Origin: Eledone cirrhosa
Taxonomy: Eukaryota
Reading direction: 5' to 3'
Length of the DNA: 64,000 bases
Assembly (NCBI GenBank): GCA_964016885.1
Contig: OZ024742.1
Location: 60,450,001 to 60,514,000, forward strand
The position numbers and the translations under genes were made by a program. The notes under the pieces were generated by a model that worked only from the letters and a program-made list of their open reading frames with translations, searched no databases and was not told the origin of the DNA. Below are positions 1-13,464 of the stretch, one piece after another. How positions within the stretch are numbered: position 1 is the first letter of the stretch; each line of letters starts with the position of its first letter.

Positions 1-715
1 TGTGTATATGTGTTTTTATATGTGTCTTTATATGTTTTTTTATGTATGTATGTGGATGTATATGTACATGGGTGTGTGATTGATGGTGTGTGCCTATATA
101 TTCCTACATATGCCCGTGTGTGTATGTACGTATATACGCACATATATGTGTGTTGAACAAAGGACTAATTTTGGGATGGACGTAGAAAAATTCTTCAGAA
201 AAAAATAATTGTTTACAAGCTTGGCAGGTGCGGTTTGCCTGTGACCATTTTCGATATAAAGGAATACTAAAAGCTTTTTCCCCTGAATAAAGGAATTTTT
301 CGAGAATGACCGGGACAGGCCGCGCTTGCTACATTTCTCCCTACCCAACCCTACTCACTCTCTCAACTCATTACTGGTATTAACATTTTTTCAACACACC
401 TACACCCCTACACTTATTGAAGGGGGAGAAAAAAACCCCACCGCACCACAAACATGTTAAATCCCTATATATAGAGCAACACACCACATACACATCAGTT
501 TGACAAGCGCACCTCAGCGTGAAAGGTCTTTCTATAAACGAAACAATACGTTAACCAAAAACTCCTAAGACCTAACCAACAACCAACGACTTAATTTATA
601 AAATTTTTTGGGGATTTTGTGAAGAAAATAAATTTGTTGAAAGCACAAGTGAAGCCATTTTTTGCTTCCCCCCTGTCTTAATATACCTAACTGTATCAAG
701 GATTACACACATTTT

Positions 716-774
<59 letters not shown>

Positions 775-825
775 AGATAGATAAAATAAATCAAAGAACG
801 CCTACATACTTATACAATTTTTATT

Positions 826-872
826 CGCTAACAATGTTTCATCCATACCGTGGGGCAGGAATCCTCAGAGCG
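826..872 (-). ncRNA. Type I hammerhead ribozyme
   Basis: Minus strand: cgct CTGAGGA ttcc..ggat GAAAC ATT GT T agcg. Confidence 0.8.
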
Positions 873-1137
873 TAAACAATAAAAATATAATGCTGAATAT
901 AAGCTCTACCAAGCTTAGTCACCAGAAGACTACAGAAACAGTAGAGGATAGCATGAGGGAGATTGGATATGAGAATGATGGAGAGAATGCATACTGGGTA
1001 TATTAGCCATACCCAGTACGCATTCTCTCCATCATTCTCATATCCAATCTGCCTCATGCTATCCTCTACTGTTTCTCTACTGTTCTTGTGACTAAGCTTG
1101 GTAGAGCTTATATTCAGCATTATATTTTTATTGTTTA

Positions 1138-1184
1138 CGCTCTGAGGAATCCTGCCCCACGGTATGGATGAAACACTGTTAGCG
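1138..1184 (+). ncRNA. Type I hammerhead ribozyme
   Basis: cgct CTGAGGA atcc..ggat GAAAC ACT GT T agcg. Stem I is cgct/agcg and AATAAA follows directly. Confidence 0.85.
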
Positions 1185-1362
1185 AATAAAAATTGTATAA
1201 GTATGCAGGTGTTCTTTGATTATTTTTCTCTATAACGGCTCTGTTTCGTACATTGAGCTAATACGATATTGCAACAAATATGACACTGTGCAGATGTGCT
1301 TATGCACATATGATCCGTTGTCTACGTATATATATATATATATGTGTGTGTGTGTATATGTA

Positions 1363-1473
<111 letters not shown>

Positions 1474-1490
1474 GTGTGTGTGTGTGTGTA

Positions 1491-1620
1491 ATAAACAACA
1501 CAATGTAATTATTCCATTACCCAAGGTTTCACGAAATCAGACGATTCTAGCAAAGGCGTCTTAGAATCGTCTGACTTCTTGAAACCTTGGGTAATAGAGT
1601 AATTATATTGTGTTTTTTTA
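1491..1620. repeat. ~130 bp palindrome, probably a truncated pLTR pair
   Basis: Arms ~1491-1549 and ~1562-1620. Each has GAAACCTTGGGTA, resembling the 3' half of a hammerhead. Confidence 0.7.
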
Positions 1621-1692
1621 TTACATAATGAAATAGCTCTGTACTATACATAGCGCACTCTTGTTTCCTTTACCTTTTCCAGGGAAATATTT

Positions 1693-1744
<52 letters not shown>

Positions 1745-1830
1745 GAAAAATTGAACAGGGACAGAACAGAGAGGCAGTACGATAAATGTTTATTAAATTC
1801 ACGCTCAGGAGAGTGGGGGGTAGGTGGGGG

Positions 1831-1865
1831 ACGACGTTTCGGGCATAAGCCCTTCTTCAGGTGAG
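1831..1865 (-). ncRNA. Minimal type I hammerhead in the PLE pLTR
   Basis: ac CTGAAGA a gggc ttat gccc GAAAC GT C gt. Palindromic ACGT stem III, GUC cleavage site. Confidence 0.85.
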
Positions 1866-2696
1866 AGTTCAAAAGGTGTGTAGGGGAGTGGTGGAGAGAC
1901 ATATAGCGAAAGGAAACGGTGCGAATGAAAAATTAACAGATAAAGACAAAAATATAATAAATAATAAATAAAAATAAAGCATGATCAAAATACAAGGAAT
2001 GAGAAAATTTAAAAATAAAGGCATGATCAAAATAAACTGAAATTAAAAGGGGGGTAAACAGGTGGTGGAAGGGTGTGGGGTGAGTAGAGGTGGTGGCGGG
2101 GGGAGTGGGGGAGAGGGAGACTGGGTGTCCGAGCGTGGAGGGCTGAAGGTGGTGTGTGTGGTTAGGTGTGCGTGTGTGTGTGTGTGTGTGTATGTGAAAG
2201 TGAGGGTTGGGGGAAGAACGGGGTTGCATGTTCAGGAAGGTGTGTGTGGGGGGTGTTTTTGTGGGTCGGAGGGTCTGTGCGTGTGAGGATAGGGGGGTGG
2301 GGGAGAGGAATCAGGGGGCTGAGGGTGTAAATATGTGGTGGGAAGCACGTGTGTGTGGTTTAAGCGTGTTGTGGGTGTGGGTGGCGTGTGGATAAAAAAA
2401 ATTGTTTTGGGGTGTGTGTGTGGGTGAGTTATATAGGTGATGGTGTAAGAGGATGGTTGAAAAGTGGTAAGTTACACGGATGTATGGAGATTTTGGTTGG
2501 AAGTCAAAACGCGTGTGGGTAATCCAAGAAGCGGTGGTCGGAAGAGGAGAGATGTGGGGTGCGCGCGCAACAGGAAGTGGTCAGCAGTGGAAGTGCTGTG
2601 GTCAGTTGGTGCTGAGACAGTGGTCGGAAGGGCATAGCAGCAGTCGGCGGAATGGTAGGGAGGCGAGGATGGGTAGGTGTGAGAGTTGGAGTGAGG

Positions 2697-2745
<49 letters not shown>

Positions 2746-3232
2746 TAGTAGGGGTGTTAGTGGGATGAGTGAGTGTGGAGTGGGGAGAGAAGGGTGTGTG
2801 TGGTTCTATGGAGGGAGTGTGGTGTACTGGTGTGTGTGTAGTTTGGTGCAGAGGTGTTAGTGGGTGTTAGTATACGGGAGGTGGGGAGGGGTGGAATGCA
2901 GGTGTGAGTGAGGTTTAGTGGGGGTAGGGTGTGTAGAGTTGGTGGTGTACGAGGGTGTGTGGGTACGTGTGCGTGGGGTTGGAGGGTGTTAGTGATGTTA
3001 GTTGCGTGTGGGGTGGGTGGTGTAAGTGGGTGCGTGTGTGCGTGTGATACGGAGGGGGGAGGAGGAGAAGAGGGGAAGGAAGGGATGTTAGTATGTTAGT
3101 TGGGGAAGGGTGGTCAGATGAGGGGTGGAGTGGAGGTGTTAGTATTGTTAGTGTGGGGTGGGCGGTGAAAAGGAGGGGTGTGTTAGTGGTGTTAGTGGGG
3201 GATAAGAGTGGGGGGAGGGGGGCGGTCGAACG

Positions 3233-5179
3233 CTAAAGGAATAAGGGTGGGGAGTTCAGGCCGGGGGGAGTGTGGGTCTGTAAGATGAAGATAGTACGTT
3301 GTTCGACCGTAAGGCGATGGGCGGGTGTTCCGTGGCACTGGAGTAGGCCACAGACTGTGAGATGGTGTGCGGAGTGTCCAGGGCCACCAAAGTGGCGGGC
3401 GATGGGGGAACTGCCCCCGAGACGAATGTCCCGGAGGTGCTCCGTGACTCGGTCCACCAGGCGGCGTCCCGTCTGTCCGACATAAGTCGCGCTGCACCTC
3501 GTGCAACGAAGTCCGTAGACTAGGTTGGAGGAGGTGCAGCGGAAGGCATGCCGGACCGAGAGAGGGTGGCCGTTGGGACCCTGGAAGATGGTGGTGTTGG
3601 TGATGTGGGGACAGGTGTTGCAGCGGGGCCTAGAACAGGGGAAGGAACCGGGGGGGGGACGGAGCGTGGGTTGGGGGGTAGGGAGCTGTGGACGAGGAGG
3701 GTGCGGAGATTGCGTGAGCGTATGAAGGAGGGGAGTGGTGGGGTTGGGAAGATGTGGGAGGTGGAGGGGTCGGACTGGAGGTGTCGGAAGAGGCGGCGGA
3801 TGGTGCGGTGGAGGGGTAAGGTGGAGGGGTGGTAGGTAATGGGGAAGGGGAGACCTTGGGTGGGTGTGCGGTGGCGTGGGGTGAGGGTGGTGGAGCGGGG
3901 GATAGCACGGGCACGGGTGAGAGCGGTGTGGACGAGAGGGGGGGGGGTAACCTCTGCGGATGAAATGGCTGACTAGGGAAAGTGCCTGGGACTCGAAGTC
4001 AGCATCTCGGCTACAGAGGCGGCGGATCCTGAGAAGTTGGGAGTAGGGAATGGAGAGTTTAGTGTGGGTGGGGTGGGAAGAGGTGAAGTCGAGGTAAGAG
4101 TGGGAGTCGGTGGGTTTGAAGAAGGCGGAGGTGACGAGGAAGTGGTGGGAGGGGTCGAAGGCGACGGAGATGTCCAAGAAGTGGACGTGGGTGGTGGAGA
4201 TAGAGGTGGTGAAGTGGAGGGAGGGGTGGAAGGAGCAGAAGAAGGAGAGAAAGGAGTCGAGCTGTACTCGGGTGAGGGTCGTGGCTCCGATACAGTCGTC
4301 AATGTAACGACCGTACAGTTCGGGCGTGGGGCCGGTGTACTGGGCAAAGATTTGGGCCTCAACATGGCCAACAAAAAGGTTGGCATAGTTCGGGCCCATT
4401 CTTGTGCCCATGGCTACCCCCGTGAATGTTGGTAAAACTCACCCGAGAAGGAGAAACAATTTAGGGTGAGGACCAGCTCGGCGAGGCGAAGGAGGGTGGG
4501 GGTGGAGGGAATGGGGGAGGGCCGAAGGTCGAGGTAGTGTTTGAGGGCGTGAAGGCCGTCGGCGTGGGGGATGACGGTATAGAGGGACTTGATGTCTAGG
4601 GTGAAGAGGAATGGCTGAGGGCCGGGTAGGTAGGTGAAGGAGTCGAAAAGGCGCAGGGCGTGGTTGGTGTCAGAGATGTGGGAGGGGAGGGTGGTGACAA
4701 GGGGGGCGAGGAGGGAGTCGAGAAAGGAGGAGATGAGTTCGGTGGGGCAGTTGCAAGCGGAGACGATGGGGCGGCCGGGGTTGTCGGGTTTGTGGAGTTT
4801 GGGGAGGAAGTAGATGGTGGGGGTGCGGGGGGTGCGGACGATGAGGTGGGAAGCGGTGGGGGGAGGTGGGAGGAGGCGATAAGGTCTTTGATGGTGGAGG
4901 AGACTTGTTGTTGGTAGAGGGGGGTGGGATCGGAGGGTAGAGGGCGGTAAAAGAGGGGGTTACAGAGCTGCCTGAGGGCTTCGGCCGTGTAGAGGTCCGC
5001 GCGCCATACCACCACGGCGCCTCCCTTGTCCGCCGGTTTGATGACGATGTCATCTCGGCTACGGAGGGAGCGGAGAGCGAGGAGTTCGCCCCGTGAGATG
5101 TTGTGCCGTTTGGAACGGTGGCGGAAGTCGAAACGATTTACTGCGCTACGGCTGGCATCGACGAAGGCGTCCAGGGTGC
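3233..5179 (-). pseudogene. PLE reverse transcriptase plus GIY-YIG endonuclease, frameshifted
   Basis: IVIKPADKGGAVVVW, PGRPIVSAC, DIKSLYT, AMGTRMGPNYANLF, YGRYIDD, FLDI, linker CSRPRCNTC, NLVYGLRCTRCSATYVGQTGR, PPGLN. Frameshifts fall mostly in G/C runs. Confidence 0.92.
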
Positions 5180-5259
5180 TATATATATAAATACATAGCG
5201 GCAACTTCTTTCGTGCCTCAAGTTCATTAATCATGGTGAAAGTGACAGGTTGTGGGAAG

Positions 5260-5530
5260 AAAGATCGCTGAAAATTAACAAAATTATACGGCTACCGGTA
5301 ACTAAATTATCCGTTGAATGTTGTACATCCTCAACTAAAAGAAGCTGAATGGAAATACAGCTGTAGCGTTTCTTATTGTTGGCAGCCATCAACCTTCCAT
5401 GTTGAGCCGCTCCTTCTCCGAATCGAGAGATACTATGGATATGGAAAGAATTACTGGACATATTTTACGGGCAAAGAACTGGTGGAGGCCCAGAAGTAGT
5501 CAACGGGCAAGATTGTTAGAAAACATCAAT
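5260..5530 (+). mobile_element. Decayed RTE LINE 3' fragment
   Basis: VEPLLLRIER motif; similar to 54290-54450. Confidence 0.6.
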
Positions 5531-5799
5531 TTAAACTATAATAAAGTAAGAAGCGCGGGACTGCGTACGGTTTATAATTTTTTATTCCCTTAGTAAAATA
5601 AGTTGGATTACATTGAATAAATAATGAATGAATATTACATAATGTATGTACTAAATCCGTGGCTATTCATTAAATATATTTTATTACTTATTTAAAGATT
5701 CACTTCTTTAACATTTTCAAATATCAACGCTTTCGGTTAGTCATCGTTTAAATAAATATTCATATATTTCTGTCACTAATTTTCTCCTAATGCAGTTTA

Positions 5800-6155
5800 T
5801 ATATAATATCGTCTTTTGTTAACGTATCATGGATTACGTTACTGATTGCATAAGACAGTGTAACACAGTATTCGTTCACTTTCTGTGTATATTGTCAATT
5901 ACTATTTTATTTGATCATATCTTCATGCATATATACTTGCGTATAATATCAATATACACACTATACATGCTAGCAGATATATAATATCGTCTTTTTTTAA
6001 TGTATCATGGATTACGTTACTGATTACGTAAGAGAGTGTAACACAGTCTTCGTACAATTTCTGTGTATAATGTCAATTACGATTTTACTTCATGCATCAT
6101 ATCTAGATGCATATATACTTGCGTATAATATCAATATACACACTACACATGCTAG
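5800..6155. repeat. Tandem duplication, 2 x ~178 bp
   Basis: ATATAATATCGTCTTTT...CATGCTAGC occurs at ~5800 and again at ~5978. Confidence 0.85.
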
Positions 6156-6189
6156 CTGTAAACCACCCGAAGGGTGGTTTTTCTGCTAG

Positions 6190-6510
<321 letters not shown>

Positions 6511-6941
6511 CTGTTCCAATTGTTGTTAAGTAAGGTTTCAGTGAAAACACAGGCAAAAACATTGGATATAATCATTTATAAAACCATGAGAGAGAAAGAG
6601 AGAGGGGGTAAGAGAGAGCGGGGAAGTGAGACGGGTGAAAATACCGTGTGCTGCAGATAAGAAGCAAAGTAGTTAGAAAGTCAATTAATGTAAAACGAAA
6701 AATAGAAAGATGGGGAAATGTCAGGAGCAATGAAGTTTGTTATAAAGAAAGAAGTTAAAATGTCAGGTTATATGTCAATGAATATCTGTGAATATATAAG
6801 TAGTATTGCATAGAAGAATGTCACGTTAGGAAAACCCTTCTACAAATGGGATATGCAGTACTCAGTGTCAGAGGAGATTCAGGCAGTATTAATGGAAAAA
6901 TCACAATATAATGCAAACAAGGAAATGTGAAGAGGTATATG

Positions 6942-7190
6942 TCTTCTTCTTCTTCTTCTCCTTCTTCTTCTTCTTCTTCTTCTTCTTCTTCTTCTTCTTC
7001 TTGAGGCGGACGTGGAAGCAACGTCATCAGGTAGGCCTTACAAAGGGCACTGTCAGAAGCAACTGTCTCTAAATGATCCGGGAGTACCACGAAGTGAGAC
7101 CAACTGATGTTATGGATGTCATCCCACCCTCTTGCTCACAGTGAACCTCTGGGTCTTCTGCTAGGTTGTTTTACTCATAGAATTTGGCAA
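6942..7190 (-). mobile_element. RTE LINE 3' end with (GAA)n tail
   Basis: Translation LETVASDSAL...LLPRPPQ runs into (GAA)n, matching the 54480-54660 copy. Confidence 0.7.
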
Positions 7191-7869
7191 GCAAGGTAAA
7201 GTATTCCACTAAATTCAGATATCATAAAAAAAAACAGAATATACATTATAATGTTTTTTTATATAGGCATAATTGGCGGAGGGTTGACAAAGTCGTTTTA
7301 ACGTTGATTAGATTGCTCTTCGGTATTTATTTCGACTCTGTTGATCTGTTCAAATACTGATGGGGTTACCTTTCAATCTTTTGATTGCGAAAATAAAATT
7401 CCAATCCAATATTCGGTCTATTCCCGCTCCATATCTCTTTCTCACTTCCTCCTCAATACTCCCTCTCCTTTTCTAGATGAAATCAACTGAAGAGGAAATG
7501 GGCTCCTCCAGGTTTAGAAAATACCCAAGCAATGTCGTATATCTCTGTAGGGTCACTACGGCTTTAGCAGTTGTTCCGGGTAGATACATGCAGAATTTAG
7601 ACACAAAGCTATGAATTTGAGCAGAGGAGGAAGGTCTATTAAATTGAACGCATTACTCATTGGTTAATTACTTTATCGATACCAGATAGATGTAAGGTGA
7701 TGTTTACTTCGGCTGGTTTGAACTTCGATGGGAAAAAACTACGAGACTACTTTGACGGACTGGTGTAATTATTTAACATAATTCAATTTTTGTCTGTCCC
7801 ACAAGCGCAGCAATGTCAAAAATGGGTTCCACTTTTAATTAGAGAACTGGCACCTACATCATGTCAAAG

Positions 7870-8191
7870 CCCCAGTTCATTCGTCGCAGCTGTTTCAAGA
7901 CTTCTTTGCAAAGAAAAACCTTTTGCTCATTTGCCAGACGCCAGACATGGCTCCGTTGGAATTCTGTTTTTTTCCGAAAAATGAAGATGCCAGAGAAAGG
8001 CATCGTAAATCGACGACGGAGCTAAGAGAAATTTCGAAAGAAACATTTATGACGCGCTCCGAACGGTAGAATGACCGCTGACCAAAGTCTAGGGTGGCAC
8101 AAGGACCCTACTTCGAAAGGGAATAGTAATTGGACTCAACTAACTACCTATTTTCCCAGTCAATGGTCATAGACTTTTCGAAAGACATTGT
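7870..8191 (+). mobile_element. Mariner transposase C-terminal remnant
   Basis: HLPDAPDMAP-like motif (cf. HPPYSPDLAP) and a terminal AQGPYFE motif; frameshifted. Confidence 0.65.
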
Positions 8192-8722
8192 AAACACCTA
8201 TTATTTCTATAAAAGTTTTCATAAAAAAGCAAACAAGAATAAAGTCATTGAAATATAACGCAGAAAGAATATACATATAGTTCAGCAAAACTTGTAAGAA
8301 TTAAGACAATATAGATAAATTGTGTTAACAAATTATTTAAAAGAAACCAGAAAAAGAACAAGTCATTTGTTAAACAGCAAATTAGAGGAAGGGAGAGATA
8401 GAGAGAGAGAATGAGTGAGAAAGTGAGAGGCTAAATTACCTTTATTGAATAAAATCCACATTAAATTTCAATATGTTTGATTCATTTCCTGGATTTAACG
8501 AAACATTGTCATTCTTATAACAATCAATACGAAAGGAAGCGATATACTACATTTATGAATAATCTGGAATTATAGATTTTTCTACGTTTCTTTTTGCAGA
8601 TATTTGTTGGGAATATCTGATAGAAACAGTAGCAGCAACGGAAGAAGAAGAAGAAAAAGAAGAAGAAGAAGAAGAAGAATCTTAGTAGTAGTAGCAGTAG
8701 CATCATCAGCAGTAGCACCACC

Positions 8723-8768
<46 letters not shown>

Positions 8769-9544
8769 TTTTTCACTAGTTTCACAGTCTAATTTCATAA
8801 CTAGATACCTCCTTATTCCTGATTATTTTCAAAATTAATATTTGAACATCGTAGGCAATATCTTTCATGAACAGGTTAATTTTCACTAAAAACCTTTCAT
8901 CATAATTGTATGTAAAAACTTTTGTTAAGATGCATTCTAAATACCATGGTAATGAGAGAGTTATTTTATTCTATCTTTTTAAATTCTTATTTGAAAACTA
9001 TACACAGTATAATTTATTTGAAATATTATAACGAAAATATTTTAAGTCATAAAACTATTTAAACCTTGTAGACGGAAATGTCAAGTAACGTTATTTCTTC
9101 ACAAGTTCATCTAAAATAGTGTGCTTCTATATCATATTATTTTCAAAAACATTGATACAGGGTATGAATGTGGACCCGTAATGCTTTACTAGCATCAGAT
9201 TAAGTATCAGCTATTGATTATATTCACAATTTGTAGAACTGGTATGAAAGGTAAAAGCAAAATAAAAGATTTTCGGTTACTAATACCATCATATATTACA
9301 TAAAAATAATGATAACATAGGTACAAGGCCAGACATTTTAGGGAAGTGAAAGTCGATGCTATGGTATGGTATGGTCCCGTGACTCCTGATAGAGTCGTAG
9401 GGACCCGGTATTGACATACGGCGTTTCTTGAGCATTTGAGGCCTAGCGGAGCACATCCCTCTCTAGGCCTGTATAAAGCAGATTTCTTCCAGAGAAAGAT
9501 AGAAAGTAAGAGAGAGGAAATGAGAAAGAGATGTAGAGAAAGAA

Positions 9545-9830
9545 TCGACTCCAGTTCTGGACTGGTACTTAGTTTTATCGACGTCGAAACGCTGAAAGCC
9601 TAAACTGATCTCGGTGGTATTTGAACTCAGAAAGCAGAGAGCCGTAATGAATACCATAAGGCATTCTATCCAACATTCTAATGACTCTGCTAATTCGCCG
9701 CATACTTGACTGATACTTTATTTGATCTACACGGAAATATGAAAGGCAAAGTTAATCTCGCCGGGATTTGAATTCAGAATGGAAATAGCGAGAACAAATA
9801 GTGCTAGGCATGAGTTCGAGACTTTAATAA
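9545..9830 (-). mobile_element. Two decayed octopod tRNA-SINE copies
   Basis: Reverse complements of TCTGAGTTCAAA...GCCTTTCA...GATAAAA..AAGTACCAGT. Confidence 0.7.
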
Positions 9831-10497
9831 TTTTGTTTTAACAGCCATTACCACGATTCAAATCTTGATTACCATGGCCTCAACGTGGGTTTCAAACTAC
9901 TAGACGATCACACCCAAGAGCTTACAGACAATATTTCATAAATATATCGCAATGTCATATCCAAATATTTAAATGATTCCTTTTAGAAAATATGAAAGGT
10001 AATATAAAGATTTTGTGAGAAAGTTTGTGTCAGTCTGACATATTTGATATGTGCATTCATTTTGACTGATGGAAAGAAACATTTCTACATTGTTGATCCT
10101 AAAATTCAGATAACTTTTATTTAAAGGATTAGGAGAAAATCGAATATTATTCATTTAGTAAAATGTACTTAAGAACTCTACTAGCTATCGTTAATATGAG
10201 ATGAAAGGCACGTTAGTGTAGATGAAAAATTGAATTATATATAGGATGGCAGGAAGGAAATATTTCCTGAAGTTTGGAATAATAAATAGTAACTAGAAAA
10301 TAATTGGAGAATAGTTTCTAGAAAGTATAATAGACTAAAGAATGTAAACAAAAACCTTATCATTCATAGACACAATTTCTTGTATATATGTCATTATTTT
10401 ATGGTTATAGAAATATGATGAAAACTATAGAAAGAATGAATTTGTACATTATATATGCATATAGACGATACGACGTATGTGATAATTATATTACAAT

Positions 10498-10545
<48 letters not shown>

Positions 10546-10599
10546 CATATGCACACGCACACACATACACATACACACACACTCATTAATATATATATA

Positions 10600-10820
10600 T
10601 GTGGAGGTGTGTGTAAAAGGTAATAAGAAATAACAAAATAACAAAACAAACGCCACAGTACATGGCTGAAATATATTAGCTTAACGCTCGAAGTAACAGG
10701 AAGAGTCTTAACGTTACTGACAGTAGTCCTTCATCAGAAGATACAGTTAGAAATAGAAGATAAACAGAAAGTAAAGAGTGATAAGGAACGCCGAAAATGA
10801 GGAACGGAGAAAATGAGTAA

Positions 10821-10825
<5 letters not shown>
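10600..10825 (-). mobile_element. Solo pLTR with degenerate hammerhead
   Basis: CTGATGA aggactactgtc AGTAAC GTTA at ~10706-10745. Homologous to 21180-21300 and 35810-35905; TA-flanked. Confidence 0.65.
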
Positions 10826-10876
<51 letters not shown>

Positions 10877-10903
10877 GAGAGGTATAGAGATTGTTTTAGC
10901 AAG

Positions 10904-10942
<39 letters not shown>

Positions 10943-10944
<2 letters not shown>

Positions 10945-11369
10945 GTATATAGTCGAATAAAAGTTGACCCTAGTATTTGAGATACGTAGACATAACATGA
11001 AAAATCGCCGTTAATTTAAGGTAAATGTACATAATTGCAAATAAATGTTTGAAACTAAAAAATTACCCAAACGTGTGCCAAAGTTTTGAGGGATACAAGT
11101 TTATATATTTAAAACAGTTACGCGGCCTTCATTAAGGATGTTAGTATTTACTAGGGCATGTGTTTCGATTCATAGAATCGGTAATATTACTGTAATTTAT
11201 TATATTTTTGTTTTTATTCGCTTTTGTAGAGGTTTTGCTATTGATACTGTACTTTGAATTCTAGCTTAAATTTTAGCCCTTCAAAAGTAGTTTTCATATA
11301 ATAGTCCAGCTAATAAATTTAACCTATAAAGCGGTCTAAAAAAATCTACTTTTACACGACTATTTACGC
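10943..11369. mobile_element. Tc1/pogo-type MITE
   Basis: TIRs CCGTATATAGTCGAATAAAAGTTGA and TCTACTTTTACACGACTATTTACGC, with TA target-site duplication. Confidence 0.75.
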
Positions 11370-11448
11370 TACACATACAAACATACCCACACACACAGAC
11401 ACACACATATACACACATACGCACACACAGATGCACGCACGCACACAT

Positions 11449-11486
<38 letters not shown>

Positions 11487-12347
11487 TGATTAGGGTACGT
11501 TTTAGTATATCATCGACACTTTAGTATGCAGGGTAGAGCACTCGACAATTGTGACTATTTACTCCGGAGCATATTTATAATCATGAATTACAAGTCGACT
11601 TCATTTATTCGTAATCGCTGGTAAATATAATTATGTGACAACCGTTATGCAAAGGTTAGGACCTCATCAGACAGCTAGAAATTGTACACAGGATATAAAA
11701 AGGTCATAAAGAAGAAATAAAGCTTAATTCTGTGGTTTCTATTCACTGACATGCCCCTGGCTGATATTTGGTGGTGCTCTCTCAAAGCACAGGTGACATA
11801 TATATGTATATATACGGCCCCGACCATTGACGAAAAAACATCACATGTGCGGCGGCCCTTGTATCAATAAAAATAAACCTTTTCCAAATGTAAAGGTTTT
11901 TTTTACTAGTGTTTCATTGTTTTATGAGCATAACGTTGAGAAGCTCATGCAGTTATAAATGATATTACTTAGTGAAATGTACCTTACGAACTTTGATAAA
12001 TCAAAACCAAATGAATAAATATTGCCTTGGATTTTTATTTATAAATAATGCTCCGACTTACACTTTGATACAGGTCGTTGAGCGCTTTGCTTTATCTACT
12101 CCCCAACCGACAGACCACTAAGTGGTCCGCACATTCTTGCTCGATTAACAGCTTACTATATATATATATATATACAGATAAATCTACAACTCAATGGTAG
12201 AGTCTAAACCGTATAAAGAACTCAATGTAATCCGTAAGTAGATGTCGTGAAGCAAAGTTTAAAATACAAACATGATTATCAACGATACAGAGTCAAAATA
12301 GAAATATTAAAACAATTGAAATTAAACACAAAACTGTTAGTAAAACA

Positions 12348-12485
12348 CATTATTTTACGATCGTTTCTGAGGGCTAGATCTCTGTATGGTCATTCAATTA
12401 TTGATCTATGTAAAACATATTACAAAATATCATAGTGCGAAAAAAATACATACGTCTTCACTACCCGCCGTCTTCAGAAATAATG
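12348..12485 (-). ncRNA. Hammerhead with 103-nt stem II insertion
   Basis: cattattt CTGAAGA [103 nt] GAAAC GATC GT A aaataatg. Stem I is a perfect 8 bp. Confidence 0.75.
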
Positions 12486-13077
12486 AGTTTTGTTTATTGA
12501 AGAATACAATAAAAAAACATACATATGAATAAGTAAGGTTTTATAACCAGGTTGAAATTGACCATTGTTAAGAATGGAAAGGGGCAGTATAAATCCTTAA
12601 GGTTGGTGGTAGTAGATGAATAAATAGGCCATCAGTGGATAAGGTATCAAATGTCTTTTAAGAAAAGAAATGAGAGTTGTTAGTGTAAATGAGTTTAGGC
12701 ATATTGTATATAAAAGTATTGATGGTCAAAGAAGATTACGGTTGGAGGAGAAGGGATACTGAGATTAGTGTGTTACATCAAGTAGAATGGAATAGAACAA
12801 TCTTAAAAAGTTCGCTATTTATTTGTTGTGAGGAATAATTTGTTCTAAAAATATATAATATAAAAAATATATATATACACATGTATAGTTACACATGTTT
12901 ATATATAGGCATACAGTTATGCATATACATACATATACACACACGGATATACATATTCACACACACACCTACACTCACACCTATATCTTTTTCTATATCT
13001 GTTTAGTTGTATTTGTAATATTTGAATGTCCTTCTGATTTTATGGTTACATACTAAAATTAATTCTTGTCTTTTATT

Positions 13078-13464
13078 TTATAGAGTGTTCATCGATTTAG
13101 TAATTTCAAAAATTTCTTGGGAACATAGTCCGCACTCCCTTCTATTGCCCTGATAAGAAAGAGTTCTCTTAAGAATCTTCCAAGTTAGGTTATATTTAAT
13201 ATTCTTCTTTTTACAATTATTAACTGCTTCTGCTAAAGAAGTGGTATTTGCTAATTTTGTGTTTCGGAAACTGTGGGTGTGTGCATAACATCTCGATTTA
13301 AACGGATTAGAAGTGGATCCTATATAGGATTGATTAGAGTCTTTAGTGGTGATTACACATTTATATACTATATTATTAATTAAGCAATTTCCATTTAAGG
13401 GGCAATTTTCTTTTATTCTACAATTACAACCGTTTGCATATAGGGTTTCAGATGTGCTATCCAT
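13078..13464 (-). pseudogene. PLE GIY-YIG endonuclease domain
   Basis: CNCRIKENCPLNGNCLINNIVYKC...YIGSTSNPFKSR...WKILKR...CGLCSQE. Confidence 0.9.

Larger units (their letters stand above)
784..1226. mobile_element. Palindromic non-coding PLE pLTR element (two tail-out arms)
   Basis: Arms ~784-1001 and ~1009-1226 are near-perfect reverse complements. Each has a hammerhead followed by AATAAA. The element abuts a (TA)n/(GA)n tract. Confidence 0.85.
1743..5179 (-). mobile_element. Penelope-like retroelement (Neptune-like), 5' truncated
   Basis: RT plus GIY-YIG ORF, a long CA-rich 3' region and a hammerhead pLTR. (TA)n at both ends (1696-1742 and 5180-5188). Confidence 0.92.

Noticed and set aside
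94-720. 84-aa ORF and adjacent unique-looking sequence
   Set aside because: No recognisable motif in any frame I read; left unassigned.
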